Positions 13,200-24,301 of a stretch of DNA of 64,000 bases are shown here, one piece after another. Numbering within the stretch: the first letter of the stretch is position 1; each line of letters begins with the position of its first letter. The position numbers and the translations under genes were made by a program. The DNA is from Okamejei kenojei (lineage: Eukaryota), in the NCBI GenBank assembly GCA_035221665.1, contig CM069132.1, positions 51,212,001 to 51,276,000 of the forward strand, read 5' to 3'. A model generated the notes under the pieces. The model searched no databases. It had not been told where the DNA came from and saw only the letters and a program-made list of their open reading frames with translations.

Positions 13200-14132
13200 T
13201 AAAAAGGCAACAAGGTGTGGAAAAACAGCCATCTTTTGGGAGTGCCTGTGTTTGAGTAATAAGAGGTGAAGCTTTGGCTTGCAGGGGTTTGGCTAAGCAG
13301 AGAATAGGCAAGAACTGTTGTGAAGATATTACAGCAGTGCTTTGGCAGGATAGATTAGAGGGCTCGTCTAGGGAGGCTATTTGGGTGGAACTGAGAAGTG
13401 GGAACGGTGTAGCAACACTTTTAGGGGTGTATTATAGACCGCCAAATGGGGAGCGTGAATTGGAAGAGCAAATATGTAAGGAGATAGCAGATATTAGTAG
13501 TAAGCACAAGGTAGCGATTGTGGGAGATTTCAATTTTCCAAAAATAGACTGTAAATTCTGTAAATGGGCTGGATGGTTTAGAGTTTGTAAAATGTGTGCA
13601 GGATAGTTTTTTGCAGCAGTACATAGCGGTATCGACCAGAGAAGCGGCAGTGCTGGACCTCCTGTGCTGGACCTCCAGGAAATGAGGCAGGTCAGGTGAC
13701 GGAGGTATACGTTGGTGAGCACTTCGGGACCAGTGATCACAATACCAGTAGTTTCAATATAATTATGGAGAGAGTCAGAACTGGACCTAGGGTGGAGATT
13801 TTTGATTGGAGAAAGGCTAACTTTGAGGGAATGCATAAGGATTTTAAAGGAGTGAATTGGGACACTTTGTTTCATGGGAAGGATGAAGAAGAGAAATGGA
13901 GGACATTTAAAGGGGAAATTGTAAGAGTACAGAATCTTTATGTCCCTGTTAGGTTGAAAGGAAATAGTAAAAATTGGAAAGAGCCATGGTTTTCAAGGGA
14001 AATTGGACACTTGTTTCGAAAAAAGAGAGATATCTACAATAATTATAGGAGGCATGGAGTAAATGAGGTGCTAGAGGAGTATAAAGAATGTAAAAAGAAT
14101 CTTAAGAAAGAAATTAGGAAGGCTAAAAGAAG
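13200..14132 (+). mobile_element. CR1 fragment (5'UTR-like piece plus ORF2 endonuclease segment)
   Basis: EAIWVELR, GVYYRPPN, IVGDFNFP and GTSDHN motifs. 13322-14132 is a near-identical inverted copy of 17189-17994. Confidence 0.88.
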
Positions 14133-15258
14133 GTTTGCCCATTCTTCTTTGCAAAATAGCTCAAGCTCAGTCAGATTGGATGAAGAGCGTCTGAACAGCA
14201 ATTTTCAAGTCTTGCCAGAGATTCTCAATTGGATTTAGGTCTGGGCTTTGACTGGGCCATTCTAACACATGAATATGCTTTGATCTAAACCATTCCATTG
14301 TAACTCTGGCTGTATGTTTAGGGTCATTGTCCTGCTGGAAGGTGAACCTCCACCCCAGTCTCAAGTCTTTTACAGACGCTAACAGGTTTTACTCCAAGAT
14401 TGCCCTGTATTTGGCTCCATCCATCTTACCATCAACTCTGACCAGCTTCCCTGCCCCTGCTGAAGAAAAGCATCCCCACAGCATGATGCTGCCACCACCA
14501 TGTATCACAGTGGGGATGGTGTGTTCAGGGTGATCTACAGTGTTAGTTTTCTGCCAGACATTTGCATTTAGGCCAAAAACTTCAATTTTGGTCTCATCAG
14601 ACCAGAACACCTTCCTCCACATGTTTGCTGTGTCCCCCACATGGCTTGTGGCAAACTGCAAACAGGACTTCTTATGGCTTTGTTTCAACAATGACTTTCT
14701 TCTTGCCACTCTTCCATAAAGGCCCGATTTGTGCAGTGCACGACTAATAGTTGTCCTGTGGACAAATTCTCCCACCTGAGCTGTGGATCTCTGCAGCTCC
14801 TCCAGAGTTACCATGGGCCTCTTGGCTGCTTCTCTGATCAATGCTCTCCTTGCCCGGCCTGTCAGTTTAGGTGGACGGCCATGTCTTGGTAGGTTTGCAG
14901 TTGTGCCATACTCTTTCCATTTTCGGATGATGGATTGAACAGTGCTCCGTGAGATTAGATTACACACAAGTGGACTCTATTTACTAATTAGGTGACTTCT
15001 GAAGGCAATTGGTTGCACTGGATTTTATTTAGGGGTATCCGGGTAAAGGGGGCTGAATACTTTTGCACGCCACACTTTTCAGGTTTTTATTTGTAAAAAT
15101 ATTTGAAAACTATGTATCATTTTCTTTCCACTTCACAATTATGCGCCACTTTGTGTTGGTCTATCACATAAAATCTGAATAATACATTTCTGTTTGTGGT
15201 TGTAATGTGACAAAATGTGGAAAAGTTCATGGGGTATGAAAACTTTTGCAAGCCACTG
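14133..15258 (-). mobile_element. Tc1-family transposon, one end only
   Basis: Transposase with [20 protein letters not shown] and [15 protein letters not shown] (DD34E) motifs. TIR CAGTGGCTTGCAAAAG ends at 15258 next to TA. The other end is replaced by CR1 sequence. Confidence 0.92.
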
Positions 15259-15329
15259 TATATTTCCAAGTGAGATGGTCTGTGGTTTGGAAAGCAACTC
15301 CCTGTACTGTTCCCATGTTTATGTCACCT

Positions 15330-18300
15330 ATATAACCATATAACAATTACAGCACGGAAACAGGCCCTCTCGGCCCTTCCAGTCCGTGCCGACCATTTGT
15401 TTTCCCCTAGTCCCATCTACCTGCACTCAGACCATACCCCTCCATTCCCTTCACGTCCATATACCTATCCACTTTACTTCTAAATGTTAAAATCGATCCT
15501 GCCTCCACCACTTCTGCTGGAAGCTCATTCCACACAGCCACCACCCTCTGAGTAAAGAAGTTCCCCCTCACATTACCCCTAAACATCCGTCCCTTAATTC
15601 GCATGTCATGCCCTCTTGTTTGAATCTTCCCTACCCTTAATGGGAAAAGCTTATCCACGTCAACTCTGTCCATCCCTTTCATCATTTTAAAGACCTCAAT
15701 CAAGTCCCCCCTTAACCTTCTGTGCTCCAAAGAATAAAGACCTAACTTGTTCAACCTTTCTCTGTAACATAGTTGCTGGAACCCTGGCAACATTCTAGTA
15801 AATCTCCTCTGTACTCTCTATTTTGTTGACATCCTTCCTATAATTAGGCGACCAAAATTGTACACCATACTCCAGAATTGGTCTCACCAATGCCTTGCAC
15901 AATTTTAACATTACTTCCCTGCTCCTATATTCAATGCTCTGATTTATAAAGGCCAGCACACCAAAGGCTTTCTTTACCACCCTATCTACATGCGATTCCA
16001 CCTTCAGGGAACTATGCACAGTTATTCCTAGATCTCTCTGTTCCACAACATTCCTCAATTCCCTACCATTTACCATGTACATCCTATTTTGATTTGTCCT
16101 GCCAAGATGTAGCACTTCACACTTATCAGCATTAAACTCCATCTGCCATCTTTCAGCCCACTTTTCCATATGGCCCAAATGTCTCTGTAGACTTTGAAAA
16201 TCTACTTCATTATCCACAACACCACCTATCTTAGTATCATCTGCATACTTACTTATCCAATTTTCCACCTCATCATCCAGATCATTGATGTACATGACAA
16301 ACAACAGTGGACCCGACACAGATCCCTGAGGCAACCCACTGGTCACCGGCTTCCAACCTGACAAACAGCCATCCACCATTAATCTGACATCTCCCATTCA
16401 GCCACTGTTGAATCCATCTTGCTACTCCACCATTAACACCCAAAGATTGAACCTTCTTAACCAACCTTCCATGGGGAACCTTGTCAAAGGCCTACTGAAA
16501 TCCATATAGACAACATCCATTGCTTTACCCTCATCAATTTCCCTAGTAACCGCTTCAAAAAATTCAAGAAGGTTGGTCAAACATGACCTTCCAGGCACAA
16601 ATCCATGTTGACTGTTCCTGATCAGACCCTGTTTATCCAGATGCTTATATATTATCTCTAAGTATCCTTTCCATTAATTTACCCACCACTGACGTCAAAC
16701 TAATAGGTCTATAATTGCTAGGTTTATTCTTTGAACCCTTTTTAAACAATGGAACAACATGCGCAGTACGCCAATCCTCGGCACTATTCCCGTTTCTAAT
16801 GACATTTGAAATATTTCTATCATAGCTCCTGCTATTTCTACACTAACTTCCCTCAATGTCCTAGGGAATATCCTATCAGGACCTGGAGATTTATCCACTT
16901 TTATATTTTTCAAAAGTGTCAGTACTTCCTCCTCTTTGAATCTCATAGTTTCCATAGCTACTCTACTGTTTTTCCTTACTTCACATAGTTCAATATCCTT
17001 CTCCTTGGTGAATACCGAAGAAAAGAAATTGTTCAATATCTCCCCCATCTCTTTTGGCTCTGCAGATAGCTGTCCATTCTGTCTCTCTAATGGTCCAATT
17101 TTATCCCTCGTTATCCTTTTGCTATTAATTATAGCTGTAGAAACCCTTTGGATTTACTTTCACCTTTCTTGCCAAAGCAACCTCATATCTTCTTTTAGCC
17201 TTCCTAATTTCTTTCTTAAGATTCTTTTTACATTCTTTATACTCCTCTAGCACCTCATTTACTCCATATCTCCTATAATTATTGTAGATATCTCTCTTTT
17301 TTCGAAACAAGTGTCCAATTTCCCTTGAAAACCATGGCTCTTTCCAATTTTTACTATTTCTTTTCACCCTAACAGGGACATAAAGATTCTGTACTCTTAC
17401 AATTTCCCCTTTAAATGTCCTCCATTTCTCTTCTACATCCTTCCCATAAAACAGAGTGTCCCAATTCACTCCTTTTAAATCCTTACACATTCCCTCAAAG
17501 TTAGCCTTTCTCCAATCAAAAATCTCCACCCTAGGTCCAGTTCTGACTCTCTCCATAATTATATTGAAACTAATGGCATTGTGATCACTGGTCCCGAAGT
17601 GCTCACCAACGCATACCTCCATCACCTGACCTGCCTCATTTTCTAACAGGAGGTCCAGCACTGCCCCTTCTCTGGTCGGTACCTCTATGTACTGCTGCAA
17701 AAAACTATCCTGCACACATTTTACAAACTCCAAACCATCCAGCCCATTTACAGAATGTGTTTCCCAGTCTATTTTTGGAAAATTGAAATCTCCCACAATC
17801 ACTACCTTGTACTTACTACTAATATCTGTTATCTCCTTACATATTTGCTCTTCCAATTCTCGCACCCCATTTGGCGGTCTATAATACACCCCTAAAAGTG
17901 TTGCTACACCGTTCCCACTTCTCAGTTCCACCCAAATAGCCTCCCTAGATGAGCCCTCTAATCTATCCTGCCAAAGCTCTGCTGTAATATCCTCTCTGAC
18001 AAGCAATGCAACACCTCCACCTCTGGTCCCTCCAATTCTATCACACCTGAAGAAACGAAATCCTGGCATATTTAGTTTCCAATCACAGCCATCCTGCAAC
18101 CATGTTTCACTGATTGCCACAACATCATATTTCCAGGTGTCAATCCAGGCTCTAAGCTCATCCACCTTTCTTACAATGCTCCTAGCATTAAAATATACAC
18201 ATTTTATAAACCCACCATCCCTTATTCTCTGTCTATTATCTTTTTCCTCTTTCTCCCCGCCCTACATTTTGGGTCCGAGTGCTTCCCTTCTCTGCCTCTT

Positions 18301-19333
18301 GCCCCACACCCTGTCCCCTGGCCCCCTCTACCCGAGGTCCCTCCCCCATCAGCCTTTCTTTTGGACACGTTCCGACACGTGCGAGACCCTGGCACTAGGG
18401 AGGCAAACTACCATCCGGGTTTCCCGACTGCATCCACAGAATCGCCCATCCGACCCCCTAACTATAGAGTCCCCTATTACAATTGCCCTCCTCTTTTTGC
18501 TACCCTTAAGAGCATCAGGGCCGGTCTCTGTGCTGGAGACCCGGCCGCTGTTGCTGCCCCCAGGTAGACTGTCCCCTCCAATTGTACTCAAAACCGAGCA
18601 CCTATTTTCCAGTTGTACAGTCACAGGGGTACTCTCTAGCCCCTGCCTCTTGCCCTTCCTAACCGTGACCCACTTGTCTGCCTCCTGTGGTCTGGGAGTG
18701 ACTGCCTCCCTGTAGCTCCTCTCTATCCCTGACCAGACGGAGGTCATCGAGCTGCTGCTCCAGGTTCCTAACACGATCCTTTAGGAGCCCCATCTCGACA
18801 CACCTGGCACAGATGTGGATGTCTTGAGGGCTAACAGATTCCCTGACCTCCCACATCTGACATCCAGAACAGTACACTGCCCTGGCCTTCATACTGCCCC
18901 CCTTACACAGGATACAATAGCAACACAATACAAAGTACACAATAAACTGCTGGAATCTGACTGCCAATCAGCTGCTTTCCCTAATCCACTTTCCACCAAT
19001 CAGCTGCTTACCCTAGTCCACTTCCCACCGATTAGCGGCTTCCTCAAAAGAAAAACACTTCTCTGAATGGAATGTTATGGATTTAGGTAAAAACAAGCCC
19101 CGCACTTGATTTTGAACCTTACCGGTCGGGTGTCGCTCCTCCCCCTCCTTCTCTTCCAACGGCTCCTGTGGGCCTCTGAAAAACCTTACCTTAGGGTGTC
19201 GCTCTCCCCCACCTTCTCTTCCAACGGCTCCTGTGGCCTCCGAAAAAACAAGCCCCGCACTTGATTTTGAACCTTACCGGTCGGGTGTCGCTCCTCCCCC
19301 TCCTTCTCTTCCAACGGCTCCTGTGGGCCTCTG
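15330..19333 (-). mobile_element. Near full-length CR1 LINE (ORF1 zinc finger/leucine zipper + SGNH esterase; ORF2 EN + RT)
   Basis: ORF1 from ATG 18892: CxxC...CxxC, LEQQLDDL and IVIGDSIVRG, internally deleted. ORF2: 346-aa EN ORF, KSPGPD, GLPQGSV.GPLLF and KYADDTK. The 3' end has (TATGGTTA)-type repeats near 15330-15345. Confidence 0.95.
19089..19333. repeat. Tandem ~90-bp monomers in the CR1 5'UTR
   Basis: AAAAACAAGCCCCGCACTTG...GGCTCCTGTGGGCCTCTG occurs twice in full, with a partial unit between. Confidence 0.9.
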
Positions 19334-19965
19334 TCCTCACCCATGTCCTTCTAGCTGGTAGTGTTAATGGATATGGAAGCTGCTCTCCAAGGAATCTTGT
19401 TTAAGAAGGAACTGCAGATGCTAGAAAATCAAAGGTAGACAAAAATGCTGGAGAAACTCAGCGGGTGAGGCAGCATCTATGGAGCTCCATAGATGCTGCC
19501 TCACCCGCTGAGTTTCTCCAGCATTTTTGTCTACCTCCACGGAATCTTGGCTTGTTGTGCCATAATGTAGACTGTACAACTGCTGCTACTGTACATTGGT
19601 GGCAGAGTGAGTGAAATGGGTATGAATGAGGTGCATGTCAAACAGGTCAAGGATTGAGTTTGTGTTGTTGAAGACACACTCATCCAGTTAAGCCGAATAT
19701 TCCATCATGCTCAAGACAAATTTTTTAGATAATGGATTGGCTTTGGGGGAAGTTTAGAGTTACTCACTACAAGATTTCAAATCTTTGACCTGATCATGTA
19801 TATTGCTTTTCCAATTCGGTTTCAGGCCAATGGTAACCCTTAGGATATTGGGGGCGGGTTCTGTAATGGTAATGCCATTGAACGTCAGGCGGTAATAGTT
19901 GGATCTCATCATTGTCTGGCAATTGTGCCTAGCAATTGTGAAACTTGCCACGGCATTCTAAACGT
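19334..19965 (-). mobile_element. Older CR1-clade LINE fragment (host of the CR1 and palindromic insertions; continues at 15262-15328)
   Basis: LTFNGITITE...NILRVTI..K.NW motif of the ORF2 C-terminus. Confidence 0.55.
19400..19536. mobile_element. Penelope-type short repeat with a perfect 104-bp palindrome
   Basis: 19433-19536 is a perfect inverted repeat centred on GAG|CTC. TSD CTCCA(A/C)GGAATCTTG at 19385-19399 and 19535-19549. Confidence 0.8.
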
Positions 19966-20144
19966 GGCACGGTATGCAAAACAAAGAAATTCACTGTGAC
20001 ATGTCACATGTGATAATAAAGTATCATTCATTCACCTATCATTTCAGCTATTTTATGAACAGAATTGTCTAAGGATCGTTTAAAGTACTCTCGCTGTGCT
20101 ATTAGGTTGAAATTCCAAGCTCTAAATATAGCATTGATGAAGAA

Positions 20145-20355
20145 TGTCTGGGAAGGAACTGCAGATGTTGGTTAAACCGAAGACAGACACAAATAGCTGG
20201 AGTAACTCAGAGTGACAGGCAGCATCTCTGGAGAGAAGGAATGTTTGACGTTACACATTCAAAGAGGGGTCTCGACTCGAAACGTCACCCATTCCTTCTA
20301 TCCAGAGATGCTGCCTGTCCCACTGAGTTACTCCAGCTTTTTGAGTCTATCTTCG
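20145..20355. mobile_element. Penelope-type short repeat, hairpin form with partial hammerhead motif
   Basis: Inverted arms 20178-20252 and 20281-20355. GGGTCTCGACTCGAAACGTCACCC lies at the loop. ATTGATGAA direct repeat at 20133-20141 and 20357-20365. Confidence 0.75.
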
Positions 20356-20559
20356 TATTGATGAACGACATTGGTCAAGTCCTTAAGTATACAGCTGTCA
20401 GATGCACATTTCGAGCAAATCAAGGTCATAGAGCATTTAGTTGTCATATGCATGGATACAAACAGGAAATGTGCAATTTTTACCCGCTGCAGCTTGAAAG
20501 GCAGATTAGATGCACAACATGGGTATATTCACTTTATCAGGCCTGCAGCGAGAAGCATC

Positions 20560-21800
20560 TGCCCATAATACAAAGTATTACTATCTCACTGTCCTTATGG
20601 AGAAAGTCTTGCCTTCACACTAAGAACAACCTGCATGCACAATTGCATAAACAAACACCTGGCAGCACAGAACTCGATGCCCACAAGGCAATGTGGACTC
20701 AACAGCAGAAGAACCTTGCACCACCCAACGTTACTTGCAGCTAAGCATATTCCACATTCTGCTATGATCGTCGTATTCACTGGTTCAAAGAGCACATGCC
20801 AGGTACAGTATCAGATGTACCCAGAATAGACCAAACTGCACAGAATTACATGCACTAAACATGCGGTATACAGGACTAAGCTGGTCCACATTCAAAAATC
20901 AAATCTCTGGAAACGTGACATTATTAGCCCTGAAAGGTGGTGGACAATTAAACAGCTGATGGGAGAAATTGAGACTTAAAGGAAACTTTCCATTCTCAAT
21001 GACGGTTGGCCCCAGCAAAAGACAAGGCTGGGGAAACCCTATTTAGCCTCAAGTGCCAAGGGAGTGATCCATCTTGATTTCCTCAACATCTGACCATCAT
21101 AAAAGCACGTCTCCAGATACTTTAATTCACTGCACGTTATGCCTGAATACAACAAACGCTACATGACTCTGAATAACATCCTGACTACAGTACTCGTCTT
21201 GTGCTCCATATTAGACCATGCCTCAAGACAAGCTGTTGCAATAGTGACTGCATTGATATCTAATTAACAAAATGTTGAAAACTGTCCACATCTTGTTTAC
21301 AAACAAACAGCATGTCAAATCCATCCTGCTAATTATAAATTAATCTATTCCCAATTAGCAGCAAAGATGTGGATGGTGTGTACGACACAATCAAGCAGAA
21401 CTTTTACTCCAATAACCTGCTCATCATTGCTCATTTTAGTTTTTGCTAAGACTACACCACTCCAATCTCATTATGACCTTGGACCACCTTAAATATTTAT
21501 TCCTTCGATCACCAACACTATGATTACAGCAATTATTCCCCTGGGCTACTCTTGATAATATATCACACACATTACCACCATGGCTAAAGGCAGCAAGCAC
21601 AGTGGAAAACAACCATCTGCATGTTTCCCTCAAGTCCCAGGTCACTATTCGACTGATACCGGGCTTAAATCTTGGAATACCCGACTCTACAGTATTGCAA
21701 CAATGCCTGAACATAAAGGAATGTTTGAATGATTCAAGATGGCAGCTCAACCCACCTTCAAAGGACAATACATTGTGGTTATGCCAGTATTATGCAGATC
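20560..21800 (+). mobile_element. Ancient degenerate CR1-clade LINE
   Basis: Decayed ORF2-like blocks (AAAGGTGGTGGACAATTAAACAGCT, AAAAGACAAGGCTG) and a 3' end TTCAAGATGGCAGCTCAACCCACCTTC. Same family as 19334-19965. Confidence 0.5.
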
Positions 21801-22494
21801 TCAAAACAACACACAAGAAAGAAAATCCACATATTTTATACAAGGAATGGCGTGCAATGTAGCAGAACTGGCAACAGTCTCTAATGCCTGCTGCCTTTTC
21901 TTTATTGGCATCAACAGCAGCCAACGGATGAACTGCTGCTGGAGTGGACAAGAGAGTAACTGCAATCCTTCTGTAGAATTCTCATGCTACATCTGTAATG
22001 GGATACCAAGTGTGTTGCTTTGCTCTTTATGGTGTCAAATGTTGTTGGAACGGCTCTCATACAAGTTTTTCATCAGGTTCCTGACCCAAGTCCTGTGGAG
22101 AAAGACCTGGGGATGACAGAAGACTAATCACTCACTGCAGGATACCCAACCATTTATCTGCTCTTGAACAATGGGTAAATCTCCTCACCCCACTATAAAT
22201 TCAACATTTTTGGCAAAGGATTCCACAATATAAACTCAACACCAAGGACAGTGGTTAAACTTGATCCCTAATCTAACAATTGTATCCGATATCAATCCTT
22301 CACCCTTACCTCGTGTTCAAAAACCTTCGGTTTTCTTCTACTGATTCAGGTCTACAAAAGCTACCTCAGATTCACCAAGACGTTTGTAGCTGACATATGA
22401 AAAAGGTATGAATAACGTGGGAGATGGAAGTGGCATAAGTGACAAATTAAATTCATGCAACACTGGATGATCCTACGAGAGACGACAGAAATAC

Positions 22495-23092
22495 GAAATA
22501 TCAAAATAATCTCGGAAAGTTATTAATATTACTATGATTTATGACCCAAAGTTAATCATACTTGGAATACGGAAATATTACAAGGAATCATAGAACTTTT
22601 ATCGACTATTCTTGGAAAGGCCCTGTATCAATTAAAATGTGGAATACAGAAATCTTCACTTGGGAGATTGAGACTTGTCCTTCATGTTAGATCTCTTCAT
22701 GGATCTACATCACAACGGTTCGGCGCAGGGACTTGACTGAGGCCTGAATATCTGAGTGGATGAAGGTATCCTCCAAGATTGGATTACTTAGAATCTCTCT
22801 ATCTTTAATTAAGAAAAATTATAGAAACAAACTATATAAATTTTTAATATGTCTGTTTGTATGAAAAAGATTATATGTCTTAAACTTGTAATTTATAAAC
22901 TATGTACTTTCAATTATACAATAACTACACGTAGTAAATTAGCGGGGAGTGTATTACTAGGATCATAAATAGTACTAATTAATAATCAATACGTTATAAT
23001 TTTACACTAAATCTCACTTGGTATATACTGTTTCTACAATAAAAAAATATTAAAAAAAAAATTAAAAAAATTTAAAAAATATCAAACACAAA
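22495..23092 (+). mobile_element. Short L1 3'-end insertion with A-rich tail and 25-bp TSD
   Basis: ATCCTACGAGAGACGACAGAAATAC at 22470-22494 and 23093-23117. DPKLIILGI-like ORF2 C-terminal remnant, then AATAAA and an A-rich tail at 23038-23080. Confidence 0.75.
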
Positions 23093-23707
23093 ATCCTACG
23101 AGAGACGACAGAAATACTGGGGAAATTAAGTATTACTGAACATCCTCAAAGGCGTGGATAGCCTTGATATTCATATTCATGAATGTTGTAACAATTAAAT
23201 TCAGAAATAGTAGAATTGGAGGAGCTGTTGGGCTGGGGAGATTACAAAAACCAAGTGAGACAGTCAATATATTTGACAAGAAGAATTAATTTTACAAATA
23301 GCTGCCAGATTTTAAAGCCAGGAGTCAAGTGTGTTTTAATGTTGTACGAAAGAGAACAATGAAATTCCGATATGTAAACGTACTACTCTAAACATAATAA
23401 ATAGCAAATATAAATCAGCAAGCACAAAGGCAATTACAGCAATATGTAAATCAAAATAATGGCACTTTTAAATTAGCTCGAGTTTACATACGATACAGGA
23501 AACCATCCTGAAGAAAGCTGATAAAATCTAGAACCCACAAAAATGCATGGACCTCAAACAATGAGCGGATAAGGATGCATGACATATCTTTATTTGCTGT
23601 GCCTCTCAATGTGATCATCCTGGTACCAGTGTTCAAGATATTTAATGCGTTGAAATCATACAGGGTAAAATCTCTACCATCACCTAATCAATTTCATTTG
23701 TGGTATA

Positions 23708-23952
23708 CAGTGCGCTCCATAGTGTTTGGGACAAAAACCCATCATTTATTTATTTGCCTCTGTACTCCACAATTTGAGATTTGTAATAGAAAAAATAAAT
23801 AAATAAAAAATCACATGTGGTTAAAGTGCATATTGTCAGATTTTAATAAAGGCCATTATATACATTCTGGTTTCACCATGCAGAAATTAATGCTGTGCTT
23901 ATACATAGTACCCCCACTTCAGTGCACCATAATATTTCGGACACAGCAATGT
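23708..23952 (-). mobile_element. Solo right-end TIR of the Tc1 family found at 26296-27792
   Basis: TA-CAGTGCGCTCCATAGTGTTTGGGAC through the inner direct repeat and ACACAGCAATGT. Matches the reverse complement of about 27560-27792. Confidence 0.85.
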
Positions 23953-23954
23953 AT

Positions 23955-24045
23955 AGAGAGAGAGAGAGAGAGAGATCAGCCATGATTGAATGGCAGAGCA
24001 GACTTGATGGGCTGAATGGCCTAATTTGGCTCCTATCACTTACGA
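23955..24045 (+). repeat. (GA)n microsatellite followed by a CR1 3' tail
   Basis: (GA)10, then GATCAGCCATGATTGAATGGC...GAATGGCCTAATT..GCTCCTAT. Confidence 0.7.
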
Positions 24046-24196
24046 CATATTTTGAACTCAAAAAAGTGTCTCTATATCCCCTAAGGAGATCTTAATTTTA
24101 AAATCCATTCACGTTGCCACTTGGTCTTCTCTGTGTTTACAGGCTCCAAAAGTAGCTGGTTTTTATAAACCTAGTGCCCCGAGAGAATTAGACAAA

Positions 24197-24301
24197 TGTT
24201 AGGAAGGAACTGCAGATGCTGGTTTAAACTGAAGATAGGCACAAAAAGCTGGAGTAACTCAGTGGGACAGGCAGCATCTCTGGAGAGAAGGAATTGGTGA
24301 C
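24197..24301 (-). mobile_element. Penelope-type short repeat
   Basis: AGGAAGGAACTGCAGATGCTGG...GGCAGCATCTCTGGAGAGAAGGAAT.GGTGAC, same family as 20145-20355. Confidence 0.75.

Noticed and set aside
13696-14238. 180-aa ORF as a novel gene
   Set aside because: CR1 ORF2 fragment running into the antisense strand of Tc1; an accidental junction ORF.
19089-19333. Tandem repeats as a CRISPR-like array
   Set aside because: No unique spacers and a eukaryotic context. These are CR1 5'UTR monomers.
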